Below are positions 15,401 through 28,519 of a DNA stretch of 64,000 bases, one piece after another. The translations under genes were made by a program, and so were the position numbers. The notes below the pieces were generated by a model that had not been told where the DNA came from, did not search any database, and saw only the letters and a list, made by a program, of their open reading frames with translations. The stretch lies in sequence record MK250021.1; one strand, given 5' to 3'. Each line of letters starts with the position of its first letter. The first letter of the stretch is position 1.

Positions 15401-16982
15401 ATATGATAAGTTGACTTCTGATAATAAGCAAGCTATATCTGATTTGAAAAAAGAATTAATCAATGTATCTAATGGTATCATTACAGATTATAAGAAATTA
15501 TCTAAAGATACATCTACAATGTTAGATAATAAGATTGAAGATATTTCTACTAAGATTGTAACTGCATTGAATACATCTATCAGTAATGTATATGATGAAT
15601 TAACTGGAAGCATTTCAACATTATCAAAAACCGTAAAAGATACATCAGAAAATATTGTTAATAAATTAAATACATCTATTAATAAAATATTCAGTGATTT
15701 ATCAAAAGCAGATACATCTTTATCTACACGTATTGATGATGCAAGTAATTTAATTCCTAAACCATAGACAGATGCAATTACTACAGTTGATTCACAGAAA
15801 TATGTATGGAGTAACGGTAATGTAGCTTCTGAAAAATGTGTTGTTGGTGCAGGTTAGACAAATATTGTAGTAAAAGATAATAAGGTACAGTTTGTATTAG
15901 GTGCATGGAATAATGGTGCAATAGGTTTACGTTTTACAGAAATACCAGAAACAAATACAGTTGCAAATGGTCTTTTATCTGTTGATTCTAAATTGAAGTA
16001 TGATAATTACGCAAATTAGATTACTACTATTAATTCAGATATTGCAAAGACAAATACTAATTTGACTTAGGAAATTAAAGATAGAACTAATGCAGATGAT
16101 TCGTTATAGTTAAAGATTACTACTATTAATGAAACTACAATACCTAATTTACATGAAGCAATATTAACAGAAATTTACAATAAGTATGATCCTGAAATTA
16201 ACTCTATAAAAAAATCAATCAATACAACGTCTACTACATTACAAACTAATATTGATAATTTAAGAAAAGATGCATCTACTGAAGCAAAATCTAATCTTGA
16301 TAAGTTAAATACTAGTATCAATAATAATGTATATACACCGTTGAAAAACTTAATTACTGGTGAAATTAGTAGAGTTGAAACTGATTATAAAAATGCAGAT
16401 AGTACATTAAAAAAAGCTATAGAACTTATTAATAATACAACTATTGATTCTAAAGTTAATTCACTTAAATCTGAATTAACAAAGAAGTATGATAATGAAA
16501 TTAGCACAGTAAAAAATACTATTACTAATAATCAGGATAATATTATCAATACATAGTTACCTAATCTTAAGACAACAATAGAAACAGATTATAATAAGAA
16601 GTTTGAAACAGAATCAAATGAGCGTAAGACCACTGATTCATAGTTAAGAACTGATATTGAATTGTTAAGTACGAAAGTAGATGGTATTAATACTAATATT
16701 GGTGATAACAATACTAATGTTACTAATTTACAAACAACAATTAAAGAACTTCAAGCAACTATTATTGAGTTGAATTCACGTATATTAGCAGTTGAAGCAT
16801 ACGGAACAACAAATGTCGATTTTGCAAAACGTATTGAGACGCTTGAATCTAAATACAATAAGATCACAGCAATTGAAAGTGATATTACTGGTATTAAAGA
16901 GCGACTTGATAATATTGACACTGAACATGAAGAATTATATTCAGGTGTTTAGGATTATAATGATTCTATTAATATTAGCTGA
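12405..16982 (+). CDS. Coiled-coil fibre-like protein, paralog 1 (1525 aa)
   Basis: One frame with in-frame TAGs only, ending TGA-TAA. N-terminal GEIAIAYY.D...G domain is shared with the next two genes. Hendecad coiled coil with a beta-rich insert at ~15770-16010. Confidence 0.8.
13887..14084 (+). repeat. 33-nt (11-aa) tandem repeats NDTSDAIVKYI
   Basis: Three near-identical 33-nt units at 13986, 14019 and 14052, plus three degenerate units upstream. Confidence 0.85.
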
Positions 16983-17004
16983 TAATATAAATATATATAG
17001 AAAT

Positions 17005-17047
17005 ATGGTGATATAGAAAATAAAAATCTATATCACCATTTTCTATT
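17005..17047 (+). terminator. Intrinsic terminator
   Basis: 13-bp stem ATGGTGATATAGA/TCTATATCACCAT followed by TTTCTATTTT. Confidence 0.8.
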
Positions 17048-17051
17048 TTAG

Positions 17052-17058
17052 ATAAATA
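17052..17058 (+). promoter_or_regulatory. Putative late promoter ATAAATA
   Basis: 25 nt upstream of ATG 17084, immediately after the terminator. Confidence 0.45.
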
Positions 17059-17083
17059 TTTAAAATATAAAGATTTAATATAT

Positions 17084-18742
17084 ATGAATGTTTACGATTC
17101 TCCACATATGCATGGAGTAAAACCACATCCATGTCCACCTCCTCCTGGACCACATCATGATCCTTTTCATCATGTTCCTTGTTGTGAACCACCACATCAT
17201 TGTTTACCTCCACATCATTGTGAACCACCATATGGATTAATCAATCATTATAATAAAGTATGTTTCAAGAACTATGATGAAGCTGTATATAAATTAAAAA
17301 TAAAATCATTACTTCCTGGCGAAATTGCATTCGCTTATTATTTTGATAAGAATGCAGAATATGGTATTAACGCAATTGCAGCTGTTGGTTCTATTAAATT
17401 AGGAGCAACTAATATAATCTATGATAACGCTAATGATATTCAATCTCTTATTGAATCCCTTTCAACAAAGGTAGATTCAAATAATGAGAAATTTGAAACA
17501 ATAGTAGATCAATTCGATGATATTAATAATGTTATTAAAGACATTAGTTCTCGTTTACATAAAGCTGAAGATAAAAATAATTCTTCTAATATTGATGCAT
17601 CTATTTCAGATATAGATAATAAGATTGATACTATTATTCAAGATAACGTATCAATACATGACCGTATTGATACCCTTGATTCACAAATGGATCAAGTAAC
17701 TGATTATATTGCATAGCATGAATTAGATTATCAAGCACTTGATGCATCAGTTAAACAACTTCGTGTTGATGTAGATTCATTAGGACTAGATGATAAACTT
17801 GATGAATTAGATAAGAAGATTAATCAAACAAAAGAAGATATACTTCTTGAAACAAAGGCAGACAATGCATCATTAGAAGCTAAACTTACACAAGAATTTA
17901 ACGGTAAATTACAAGATTATTCTGATTCATTAGATAATCTTAAAGTTGAAATCACTCAACAGATTACAGATACAGTTGAACCTTTAAAAACGGATATTTA
18001 TGATTTACAAGTTAAAACAACTGAATTGGAAACAAATATCGGTAAAGCAAAGGATGAAGCAGTTACTGCATCCAAAGAATATACAGATAATCAAATATCA
18101 GACAAGATGCAAGGAATTAATAGTTCACTTACTGATATGTCTAATACTATTCATGATTTATCTGATTTAATTACCAATGTTTCTACTAATGCAGATAATG
18201 AACGTAAAGAATTAAAACGGTATATTGATTAGGTTAAGTCTGATATTGAAGGTGAAAATACTCAATTTAAATCTGAAGTAAATTCTGAAATTAATAAACA
18301 GAAACAATATATTACAGATACTATTAACGGATTTAAGGCAGAATATACTGCAACAACAGATAAAGCAATTGATGAAAAAGTAAAGGTTGTATCTGATAAA
18401 TTAGATAATTATATCAATGAATCTACAACTAAACATTCTGAAATTGAAGCAAAGATTTCTACTATTAAAACGGATTTTGCAACATATAAAGGTGAGTTAA
18501 ACGAAACTATTGCTAACAAAATTGCAGAACAAAATACAAATATGAGAAATTATTTGGATAACGCAATTTCAACAGATAGATCATACTATGATTCACTTTA
18601 TGCACGTAAAGATCAAATACCTGTAAATGTTGTATCAGGTGCAGGTGTTACGGTAGAAAACGGTGTTGTTAATCTTAATGTTGACAGTAATGGTGTATTA
18701 ACAGTAGGTGGAAAACGTTATCAATTACAACAATTGAATTAA
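17084..18742 (+). CDS. Coiled-coil fibre-like protein, paralog 2, with His/Pro/Cys-rich N-terminus (552 aa)
   Basis: Fragments 17084, 18026 and 18542 are joined by 2 TAG and end at TAA. Shared PGEIAFAYY.D...G domain. Confidence 0.8.
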
Positions 18743-18767
18743 TAATTTTAACAAAATTAAATATATT

Positions 18768-18807
18768 AGAAGAGATTATTTTTATAAATAGTCTCTTCTT
18801 TTCTTTT
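18768..18807 (+). terminator. Intrinsic terminator
   Basis: 14-bp stem AGAAGAGATTATTT/AAATAGTCTCTTCT (one G-U pair) plus T-rich tail. Confidence 0.8.
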
Positions 18808-18808
18808 A

Positions 18809-18815
18809 ATAAATA
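18809..18815 (+). promoter_or_regulatory. Putative late promoter ATAAATA
   Basis: 26 nt upstream of ATG 18842. Confidence 0.5.
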
Positions 18816-18841
18816 TAAAAAGAAATTTAAAACAAATAAAC

Positions 18842-21800
18842 ATGGCAGGATTTATGGATAACAAATATGGTTCACATGTTCCACCTGTTGGACTTAATGG
18901 TTTCAATAAAATATGTTTTACTGATTAGAAAGAAGCTGAAACTATGTTATTGGATAAGCCGTTAATGCCTGGCTAGCTCACATTCGCATATTACTATGAT
19001 AATGTTGCGACTAATGGTGTAAATGTAATGGCAGCAGTCGGAACATTAAAAGGAGAAGGTTCAAACCATATTTTTGTTAGTTATGAAACTATAAATTAGT
19101 TAATTGATTCCATTGATGATTCATTTGAAGATTTCGATACTAGTTTAATATATATTCGGAAAGAACTTATGAGCAAGCTTTCTGCTCTTGAAGATGAACA
19201 GAATAATTTAGTTTTACAGATAAGAGATAATGTTAATAATTCTAATGTAAGTTTTAACGAAATTTATACTAAATTAGAAGAGTTAGAAACAAATGGTAAA
19301 CAATATACAGATGAGAAAATTCAAGAGATAAGAGATTATGTCGATACATCTGTAACAAGTAAAATCAATGATTATGAAACAGTAGTTTCTGATATGATTT
19401 TAGATGCGTCTACAAAATTAGATTAGATGCAAAAAGATTTTGAAGATAAAGCTTAGGATATTCTTGATCGTAGTAATGAAGTATATGACAATCTTGATGT
19501 TTCTCTTCGTAATTATGTTAATAATGAAATGTTAGGAATGCAACAGTTTGTTCATAACGAAACAACACAAGCCGTTTTAGATATGAATTCAAAATATGCG
19601 GTTTTAAAGAAAGTTGTTGCATCTATTAATTCATCTGTTAATGATATTGATAAAAAACATAATGATAAGGAAACAGAATTATCAAGAAATATTGTAGAAA
19701 CAGCAACACAATTAACAGAAGACTTAGAAATTGCAAATGTTTCAATCATTAGTTATATTGATCAATAGACATCATTATTCAATAAGAAGATTGATAATAA
19801 AATCAATGAGCTTGAATTTAATACAAAAACTAAAAATATAGATTTAACAAATATCGTAGAAGAATACCAACATTCAGTTAAGAATGATATTGCTGTATTC
19901 AATGCATCTATGAGAACATATGTTAAATCTAGTCTTGCCACAGTTCAAACAGATGCTAATTCAAAATATTCAGAATTAAAAACTTATGTAACATCAAATG
20001 ATGCTTCATTATTAAATTATGTTAATGCAATGGAAATTGCACAAAAGACATATATTAATAAACATGATTCTGAAATCAAATCTTGGATTGCAACATCAGA
20101 TACTTCTTTATTCAATATTATTCGTTCAACAGATAGTAAATTAAAAGATGATCTTGACGCGATGGATGCAAGACACCAATCAATGTATCGTACAGTCGAA
20201 TCACGTCTTGATAACCTTATTGATGATATTTCTACAGATCTTACTATCATGGTTAATGAATACGGTAAGGAAGTTAAAAACTTTACACGTAAACATGTAA
20301 ATGATTTAGAGAATAAAGTTAAAGCACAAAATGTAAGTTTAATTAACTATATTGATGATAAATCTCAAGAAGCAGTAAATGAAACTCGTTTACTTAATGC
20401 TTCACTTAGAACTCAATTAAAGAATACAACAAACTTACTTAACGCAAGTATCAATAATGCTATTCAATATACAGATGATGAAATATCTAAATTAAAATCA
20501 TATGTTGATACAGAAAATACTTCTATTATTACTTATGTTAATAATCAAGATGATAAAGTAAGATTCTATGCAGATTATGGAGATAATGAAGTTCGTAAAT
20601 ATATTGATGAACTTGAAGAGCAACTTAAGAAATATTCTATTACTGGTGATTCTTCTGTTATCAATTATATTAAGTTAACAAAAGAAAATATTGAACAATT
20701 TGTTAAAGATGCAGATGATGATGTTTTAAAGAAAGCATATATTCATGATGATGAAATCAAAAATGAAATGACAACTGAATATAATGCATTTGTTCGTAAG
20801 CAGAAAGATATTGATGCATCATTATTAAATTATGTTAAGAATACAGATACTTCATTATTTAATTACATAAAGGATAGAGATGAACAAATAAAGAGATGGA
20901 TTGCTATTGGTGATACTTCACTTTATAACTATTTCAAAACATAGAATGCATCTTTGTTTAATTATGTAAAAACATAGGATACAGAAATATAGAATAATCT
21001 TGTTAATAGTGTTTCTAAGATAGAAAATGATATGGCAAAATTCGAGACCAGTATCAATTCAAAGATTGATTCTGCTGATATTGCTCTTGATAATAAATTA
21101 AATGCTAATAATGCTTCTATCTATACAATTCTTTCTTCTAATGATGTATCAATCATGAGTGCAGTTAATAAGAAAGATTATGAACTTGAAACAAAATTAA
21201 ATAATCAAATTTCAGAAGTAAAGAACGAATTAGAAACAAAAGACTCTTCTATTCTTAATTATGTATTGAATGCTGATACATCTATTAAATCACAACTTAA
21301 TATAATTAAAGATACTATTAATAATGATATTAAAGTATCTCTTAAAGAACTTGATACAAAAGTGGATGTAAATGATGCTTCTATTATATCTTATATTAAT
21401 ACAAATGACCATAAGATTGGTTCTTATATTGATACAGAAATTAATCGTGTAGAAAATCATTGCAAATCAAATGATACATCTGTTGTTAATTTTGTAAAAA
21501 AAGAAGATTCATCTATAGTTAATTATGTAAATGGTACAGTTAAACAAGAATTACTTGATAGAATTAATGATACAAATACATCTATTATTAATTATGTTGC
21601 TGAGAATTCATCATTGTTCAATTATGTCGTTAATAATGATACTTTACTTAAAGCACTTATTGAAAGTAAAGATGGCTCAATTTTGAATTCATTAACAAGC
21701 GCTGATGCTTCTATTATTCGTTTAATTGAGAAATATAACTCAGAATTACATAATAAGATTAACGCAAATGATTCATCTATTAACTCAAAAGTTGATAAGT

Positions 21801-24800
21801 ATAATTCATCTACATTTAGCCACTTTACATTAAAAGATGCAGAACTTCAATCTAAACAAGAATTAGCAGATACTTCTATTGTTAATTATATTAACACAAC
21901 AGTATCTGACATGAATACAAGTATCAATGAGACTTTAACAAATATTGATAATAAAGTTGATAATGTAAAATCTGATTTAGTGAATACCATTGAAACAAAC
22001 AATACATCTATTGTTAATTTTGTTAAGTTACATGATACAAGTATTGAGAATATGATTAAGTCTAATGAAGAAGTTTATAACTATATCAATACACAAGATA
22101 CTTCTATCATTAATTTCATTAAAAATAACAATACTGATCTTGATAATAAACTATCAAGAGTTAATACTGATGTTAACAATAAGATTGATAATGTTGAATC
22201 AGATCTTTTACAGGAAATTGTTAATAAGACAAATATACTTAATACTGATGTAAGACGAGAAATAGCTAATCTTTCTGATTAGATGAATGATTCTGATACT
22301 TCTATCCTTAATTATCTTAAAGCATCTGATAATGAGTTAAACAATAACTTATTGCAATTAGATACAAATCTTCATAATGAGTTAGATAATAATAAGGCTG
22401 AATTAACTAATAGTATTAATAATGCTATTACTGCTTATGAGAATAAACAAACAGAATTCTAGTCTAATATTAATAATCAAATTGATACATTTAAAACAGA
22501 AGTATCTACAAATATTGATACATTAAATTAGACTATCCATAATGATATGTCTGAGTTAAGTTCTGATATTAGTACAAAGATTGCTGTTACAAATTCATCT
22601 ACTATTAATTATCTTCAAAATGAAATTTCAAAGATTGATAATAAAGTTAATAACTAGAATTCTTCATTATCTGTAGCATTTGAGAACTATAAATCCGCAA
22701 CAGATACAAGTATTAAGAACAAATTAGATTCATTTGAAACTAATGTAGATAATAAGTTAAATGATAAATTTACAGAACTTAATATCACATTAGATACAAA
22801 CTGGACTAATTTGATTAATTCTAATGAGCAGTTTAAGAATGAAATTCATAATGATATTGCAAATCTTGAGACTAATACAAACAATAAGTTAAATGATTTT
22901 AAATCTTACGTAGATGAGCAGAATACATTACAGGATGTAAAGAATACATCTGCTATTAGTTCACTAAGAACTGATATTTCAACATTGGATGATTAGATCA
23001 ATACAAGATTAACACTTCACGAAAAGTTATGCGATAATAATATTCAAATTGCAAAGAATGAATTATCATCAAAAATTGAAACTGTTAATACATCATTAAT
23101 TAATTATATCGATTAGCAAGATACTAATATTAAGAATGAATTTGCTGAACGTGAATCAAATCTTCTTAATTATATCAATAGTTAGGATAATGAGCTTAAC
23201 AGAAAGATTGATAGCGTTAATCATGATTTAACAGAAACAATTACAGATGTTGATCTTCGCGCAACTACTAATATTAATAATCTTCGTACAGATATGAATT
23301 ATGAAGTATCACGTCTTGATAAGAAGATTGAAGATACTGAAAGAGATATTAGAACAGATGTAAGTACAGAAGATAAAAAACTCGATGATAGAATTACATC
23401 AGTTGACCATGACATCCGTCAAGATATGAAAACAAAAGATAATGATTTACAACAACAAATAACAGATGTTAGTAAAGATTATCGTAAATTTGTTATTGAT
23501 TCATCTAGCATGATTACAAAACATATTGAGAATGTTTCATCTAATATTCATTAGAGAATAACTGATACTTCTGAATGTTTATGGCAATATGTAAATGATA
23601 CATCTGACGCTATTGTTAATTATTTCAAGAAACAAAATACAGATCTTAAAGATTATTCTGATACAGAAGATAATAAATTAAAAGGTAGAATTGAAAATGT
23701 TTCATCTAAGTTAATTAATGTTAGCAACGCATTGAATAAACTTATTGGTGTTGGAGACGTTACTTCTGCTATTGATACATTCCAAGAAATTGAAGAGTTC
23801 TTAAAAACGTATACAAATAAAGATACATTAACAAATTTATTAAAGAATAACTCTGATAATGACAAAGCTTATGCAGATAGTATATTACAAAGATATGATG
23901 AATATATAAAGAATTATATTTCTGATGGCTCTACTGATATATATAATTATATTAATAACACTTCATCTGCAATTGTTTGGTGGGTATAGGATATTTCTAA
24001 TAATTTTAAGAATTATATTGATGCAAGTGACCTTATTCTTGATGGTAAGATTAGTGAATTAAGAGAAGACCTTAATACAACTAATGATAATATTGATGAT
24101 TTAAAAGATTATGTAGATCAATAGGATAGAAAAGATAGAGATTATGTTGATGATATATCCACAAAAATTGTTACATATATAAATTCTACTTCTGATGGTA
24201 TTGTTAAGAACTTTAATGATACTTCTGATGGTATTGTGAGACGTTTTAATGATGCTTCTGATGGTTTATATAATTTTATTATTGATACATCTAATCGTAT
24301 TGTTAATAACTTTAATGATGCTTCTGATGGTTTATATAAATTAATATTAGACACATCTGATGATATTGTTCATCATTTTAATGATGTTTCTACTCTTATT
24401 GTTAGAAGATTTAATGACGCATCTGACGGATTATTCCACTTAATTATGGATACTTCTAACATGATTATACATCGTTTAAATGATGTATCTGATGGTATTG
24501 TTAAGAACTTTAATGATACTTCTGACGGTATTGTCAAACGTTTTAATGATGCTTCTGATGGATTATATGCATTAATAAAAGATTTATCAACTCGTCATAA
24601 TGAAGATAACACTTTAATGCAGTCATATATCAATACAGAAATAGGTAAAGTAACCGATTCTTTAAATACTGAAGTAATACAAATCAATAAAAATATTGGT
24701 ACAATAGACAAAAAATATGAAGGGAAATTTAAGACTTTATATGAAAATGATATTGCAGACATTAATTCTTCTATAACTAATATTAGAAAAGAATTTGTAA

Positions 24801-26842
24801 CGGCTGATTATAATTCTAGCACACAAATTTATAATTATTTAAAGGAAACGTACAAGAAAGAACTTACTGGAGAAATAAGTAAAGTTGATAGCAAGTTAAC
24901 AAATTATATTACGTCTAATGATAAAAAAGTTAGTGATCTTGATACTAAAATTAATAGCGTAAACTCTGATATAACAACTTTGATTAATTCAAGTTATAAT
25001 GAAATTAATGGATATATTAATGATATAAGTACTCGTCTTGATAAAACTGATAAACGTTTAGATGATAGAATTACAGAAATTAATAACACATTAACAAACT
25101 CTATTCAAACTAAACATGATACATTAGATGGACGTATTACAAAAGTTGATACTGATTTAAAAGAAAGTATTAAATCAAAATATGATTTGGTTGATGGACG
25201 TATTACTACTGTAAATGAAAATATTATTAAACGTATAGATCAATATAATACATCATTAGCAGATTATACAGACCAAGAAATCAAAACAGTTAATAATGCC
25301 ATTAATAAAGTTAAATCTGATTTAACACAAGAGATTACTAATAATGTAACTAATATTGATAGTTCTATTACACGTATTGATAATTATCTTGAACGAGGTT
25401 ACTGGACAAAAGTTACTAATTATGTTGGTGGTGAAATAACAAAAGTTGATGAAAAGATTACTAATCTTAAATCTGAAATCAATAATTCATTATCTAAAGA
25501 TTATGTAACAAACGCATCACTTAATGATTATTATAATAACACTATTAAAAAATATGTTGATGAGCAAGATGCATTATATAATACATCCGTTATAGATATA
25601 TCTAATAGATTAAAGACAACAAATGATAATATTAAATCATTAAATGATAAATTAACTGCATTAACATCTGATAATATTGATGGAACTATCAATACATATA
25701 AAGAAGTTCAAGATTTCTTAAACTCTATATCTGATACTACTACGCTTGTAACATTATTAGCAAATAATAAAAATCAAGCTATTGAATCTGCTAATCAATA
25801 TACAGATAGTTCTATAAATAATTTCAAGAATACATATGTTAAACCTAAATTTGATAATTATGATAATTCAATATCTACAATAAATGGTGACATTAAAAAT
25901 ATTAATGGTAAAATAACTACTAATCAAACTGATATTACAAATCTTACTACCAGAGTAAATAAGGCAGAAACTGATATTAAAAATATTGATGGCAATATTT
26001 CTACTATTACTACTGACATAAATAAGTTAAAAGATTTTCAAACTACTGTCAATAATAAGAATTATTTAACAGAAATTACTGTTGCTAATGATAACAAATT
26101 AGGTGGTATTAAAACTGGTTATACGCCAACCGGCGCAAATGCAAGTAAGCAATTACCAGTAACATTGAATTCTGACGGTCGTGCATATGTAACACTTACA
26201 AATTCAGCGGTCACAGGAGCATATACTTATACATTACCAACAGCAAATAATTCTGAACTTGGTGGAATCAAAACTGGATATACTAATAATGGTAATAAGG
26301 TCAAAGTTGAAGTTGATGGTTCAGGAAATGCATATGTTGCTCTTACTGAAACAGCAGTCAAAGGCGGATTTACTTATACATTACCTACGGCTGGTACAAC
26401 AACTCTCGGTGGTATCTGCACAGGGTATACTAATAGTGGATCAAATGTTAAGGTTCAGATGAGTGGTAATAATGCATATGTTGGTATTACTAAAGATGCT
26501 ATTGTTAGCGCTCTTAGTTATACACCTGCAAAAGGTAATTCAGATGGCTCTAATACGTATACATTACCTAAGGCAACAGGTTCAACATTAGGTGGTATTC
26601 AAGTAGGCTTTACACAAAGTACATCTGGTTCAACACTTAATCTTCCTGTTAAATTAGATTCAAATGGTAATGCTTATATTAGTATTAACTTAACTGATTT
26701 ATAGAATATTGGTGTAATAACAAATAATAATATTAATTCACATGTAACATAGGTTATGTCTGATGACACTGCATGGGTTACTCAATCTCAATATGGAAAT
26801 ATCACAGATAAAGGTAGTAAAACTTATTACATTTATGAATAA
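18842..26842 (+). CDS. Very long coiled-coil fibre protein, paralog 3 (2666 aa), with C-terminal fibre repeats
   Basis: One frame from ATG 18842 to TAA-TAA 26840 with only TAG internally. Shared N-domain (PG(TAG)LTFAYY.D), two IDTFxEI..FL-type motifs, four YTLPxA..LGGI repeats, and C-terminal WVTQSQY..ITDKGSKTYYIYE typical of phage fibres. Confidence 0.8.
24182..24577 (+). repeat. Twelve 33-nt (11-aa) tandem repeats, consensus NDxSDGxxxxF
   Basis: Exact 11-codon period read directly. Units 1-3 and 10-12 are near-identical 99-nt blocks. Confidence 0.9.
26063..26690 (+). repeat. Four ~40-55 aa repeats (Y/F)TLPxA...LGGIxxG...xGNAYV
   Basis: Seen in the translation of the 24236 ORF: NKLGGIKTG, SELGGIKTG, TTLGGICTG, STLGGIQVG. 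Confidence 0.8.
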
Positions 26843-26859
26843 TAAATTTATATATAATA

Positions 26860-26895
26860 AAAGAGGTATAGAAAATTAAAATTCTATACCTCTTT
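26860..26895. terminator. Bidirectional intrinsic terminator between convergent genes
   Basis: 14-bp perfect stem AAAGAGGTATAGAA/TTCTATACCTCTTT. Confidence 0.85.
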
Positions 26896-26899
26896 ATTT

Positions 26900-27247
26900 T
26901 TATTCTTCTTTCTTTTTTCTTGTTCTTCTGACTTTCTTAGGTTTATTAATGCCAAAATCATTTTCAATTTCATTTATAAATTCATCTATAGATACAACTG
27001 CAGCTGGATCATCTATAAATGGGTCTAATTCTAACATGAATTGAGCGAAATCATTTCTATCTCTAAGAAATGCGTTTAATCCTCGACCAGAATCATAAAC
27101 AAATTGAATTATTATATATCCATCGGGATCTTTTAGAAAACTAAATCCTATTGTTTGTTTCAAATCAACAAATGTCTATCCAACTCTTACAAACGATTTA
27201 AATTTTCTATTCTTAAAAAACTCTTCATTTAATTCCAAATTATCCAT
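26900..27247 (-). CDS. Hypothetical protein (115 aa)
   Basis: The track ORF extends through one TAG (codon 24) to ATG 27247, 1 nt from the upstream stop. Basic C-terminal tail. Confidence 0.7.
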
Positions 27248-27248
27248 A

Positions 27249-28448
27249 TTACTCAAATAATGCATTTGCTGTTTTTACTGTTCCGTCTGTATTAATGTAC
27301 TTATCCATACCCTTGAATATTTCTGCTTCAATTGCTTTCTTCTTATCATAACCTTCATATTGTGTACCTTTAAGCAATATTTGTGATTTAAGATTCCAAA
27401 AGCTTTCATTTGGAGTATCATTAATCATATATTCTAGTGATTCTTTATAATCTTGTATATATTCAGGGAATAATTTACTGTTAAGCTCTACCAATGTACG
27501 CTGACGCATTAATCTATCACTAAAATCAATATCATTTATATCTCGTTTACATACTTTTTCAAATACCGGTTTTAATTTTGATTCAGAATCAAGTAAATCT
27601 TGAACTGTATTAATACCGCATATTTCACGAACTTTCTTTTCCTTACTTGGTGTAATTCTTACTTTGCGTCCATCTTTATACCAATTATAAAATGAAGGTA
27701 CACAATCACCATCGTCACCACAAAATATCTTATCAAGAACAACATTATTTGGATTCTCTACAGATAATTCCATAATAGTATTTGATTGAAGTAATTGTTT
27801 TACATAAGTCTTAGATAAATCTTCATTCTCGAAAAATATATCAAAATTATTATCTGATTTATTATACCATGTTTCAAATGCTTCTGGTACATAAATATAA
27901 CGTTTACTACCTTTACCCTTACCTGTTGTATTATATACTATGCAATATTGATTTGTTACTGTATTGAAATCAATAAGTTGTCTAATATCTGCATCTGCGC
28001 TTACAATGATAACATTATAATTTGGATATTTCTCGAACACTATTTCTTTACACATACATGCAATATCATCTGCTTCACAATGCTCCACCTTTGCTACATG
28101 CATAGAATTCCTTGATAAAATCTTAAGAAGGTCATCTGAGCATTTAAATATATTATCCCAATTTATAGATTCCGACTTTTTCCTATTTGACTTATAACCA
28201 GGATTTATATCATCTCCAGGAAGAACATCTTTTCTCCATGCATGTTGAGCGTCTGTTGCTATAATAACATTTGTAGGTTTGAATATATTAAGAATTGAAC
28301 ATACATCTGTTGTAAACTTATACATGAATGAACGTACGTCTTCTATTCTGTTATATCCGTTGACCTAACCATATAAGCTATTCATAAATAATGATCTGAA
28401 TAAAAGGTTAGACCAATCCAATACTAATAATACTTTCTTACTTTCCAT
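27249..28448 (-). CDS. 5'-3' exonuclease / flap endonuclease (T4 RNase H/FEN family), 399 aa
   Basis: Reading through one TAG (codon 28) restores the N-terminal catalytic motif LVLDWSNLLFRSLF. Also TDAQHAWRK, YKSNRK, EADD, VSADADIRQL, GDDGDCVP. Confidence 0.85.
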
Positions 28449-28519
28449 TTCTCTAAAAATACGAAACTCGTTTTATTTTATATATGTATTTATTAGTATT
28501 GTTTATTTAATGTTAAAAA

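Noticed and set aside
13887-24577. 33-nt repeats as a CRISPR array
   Set aside because: Head-to-tail, in-frame coding repeats with no spacers and synonymous-site variation.
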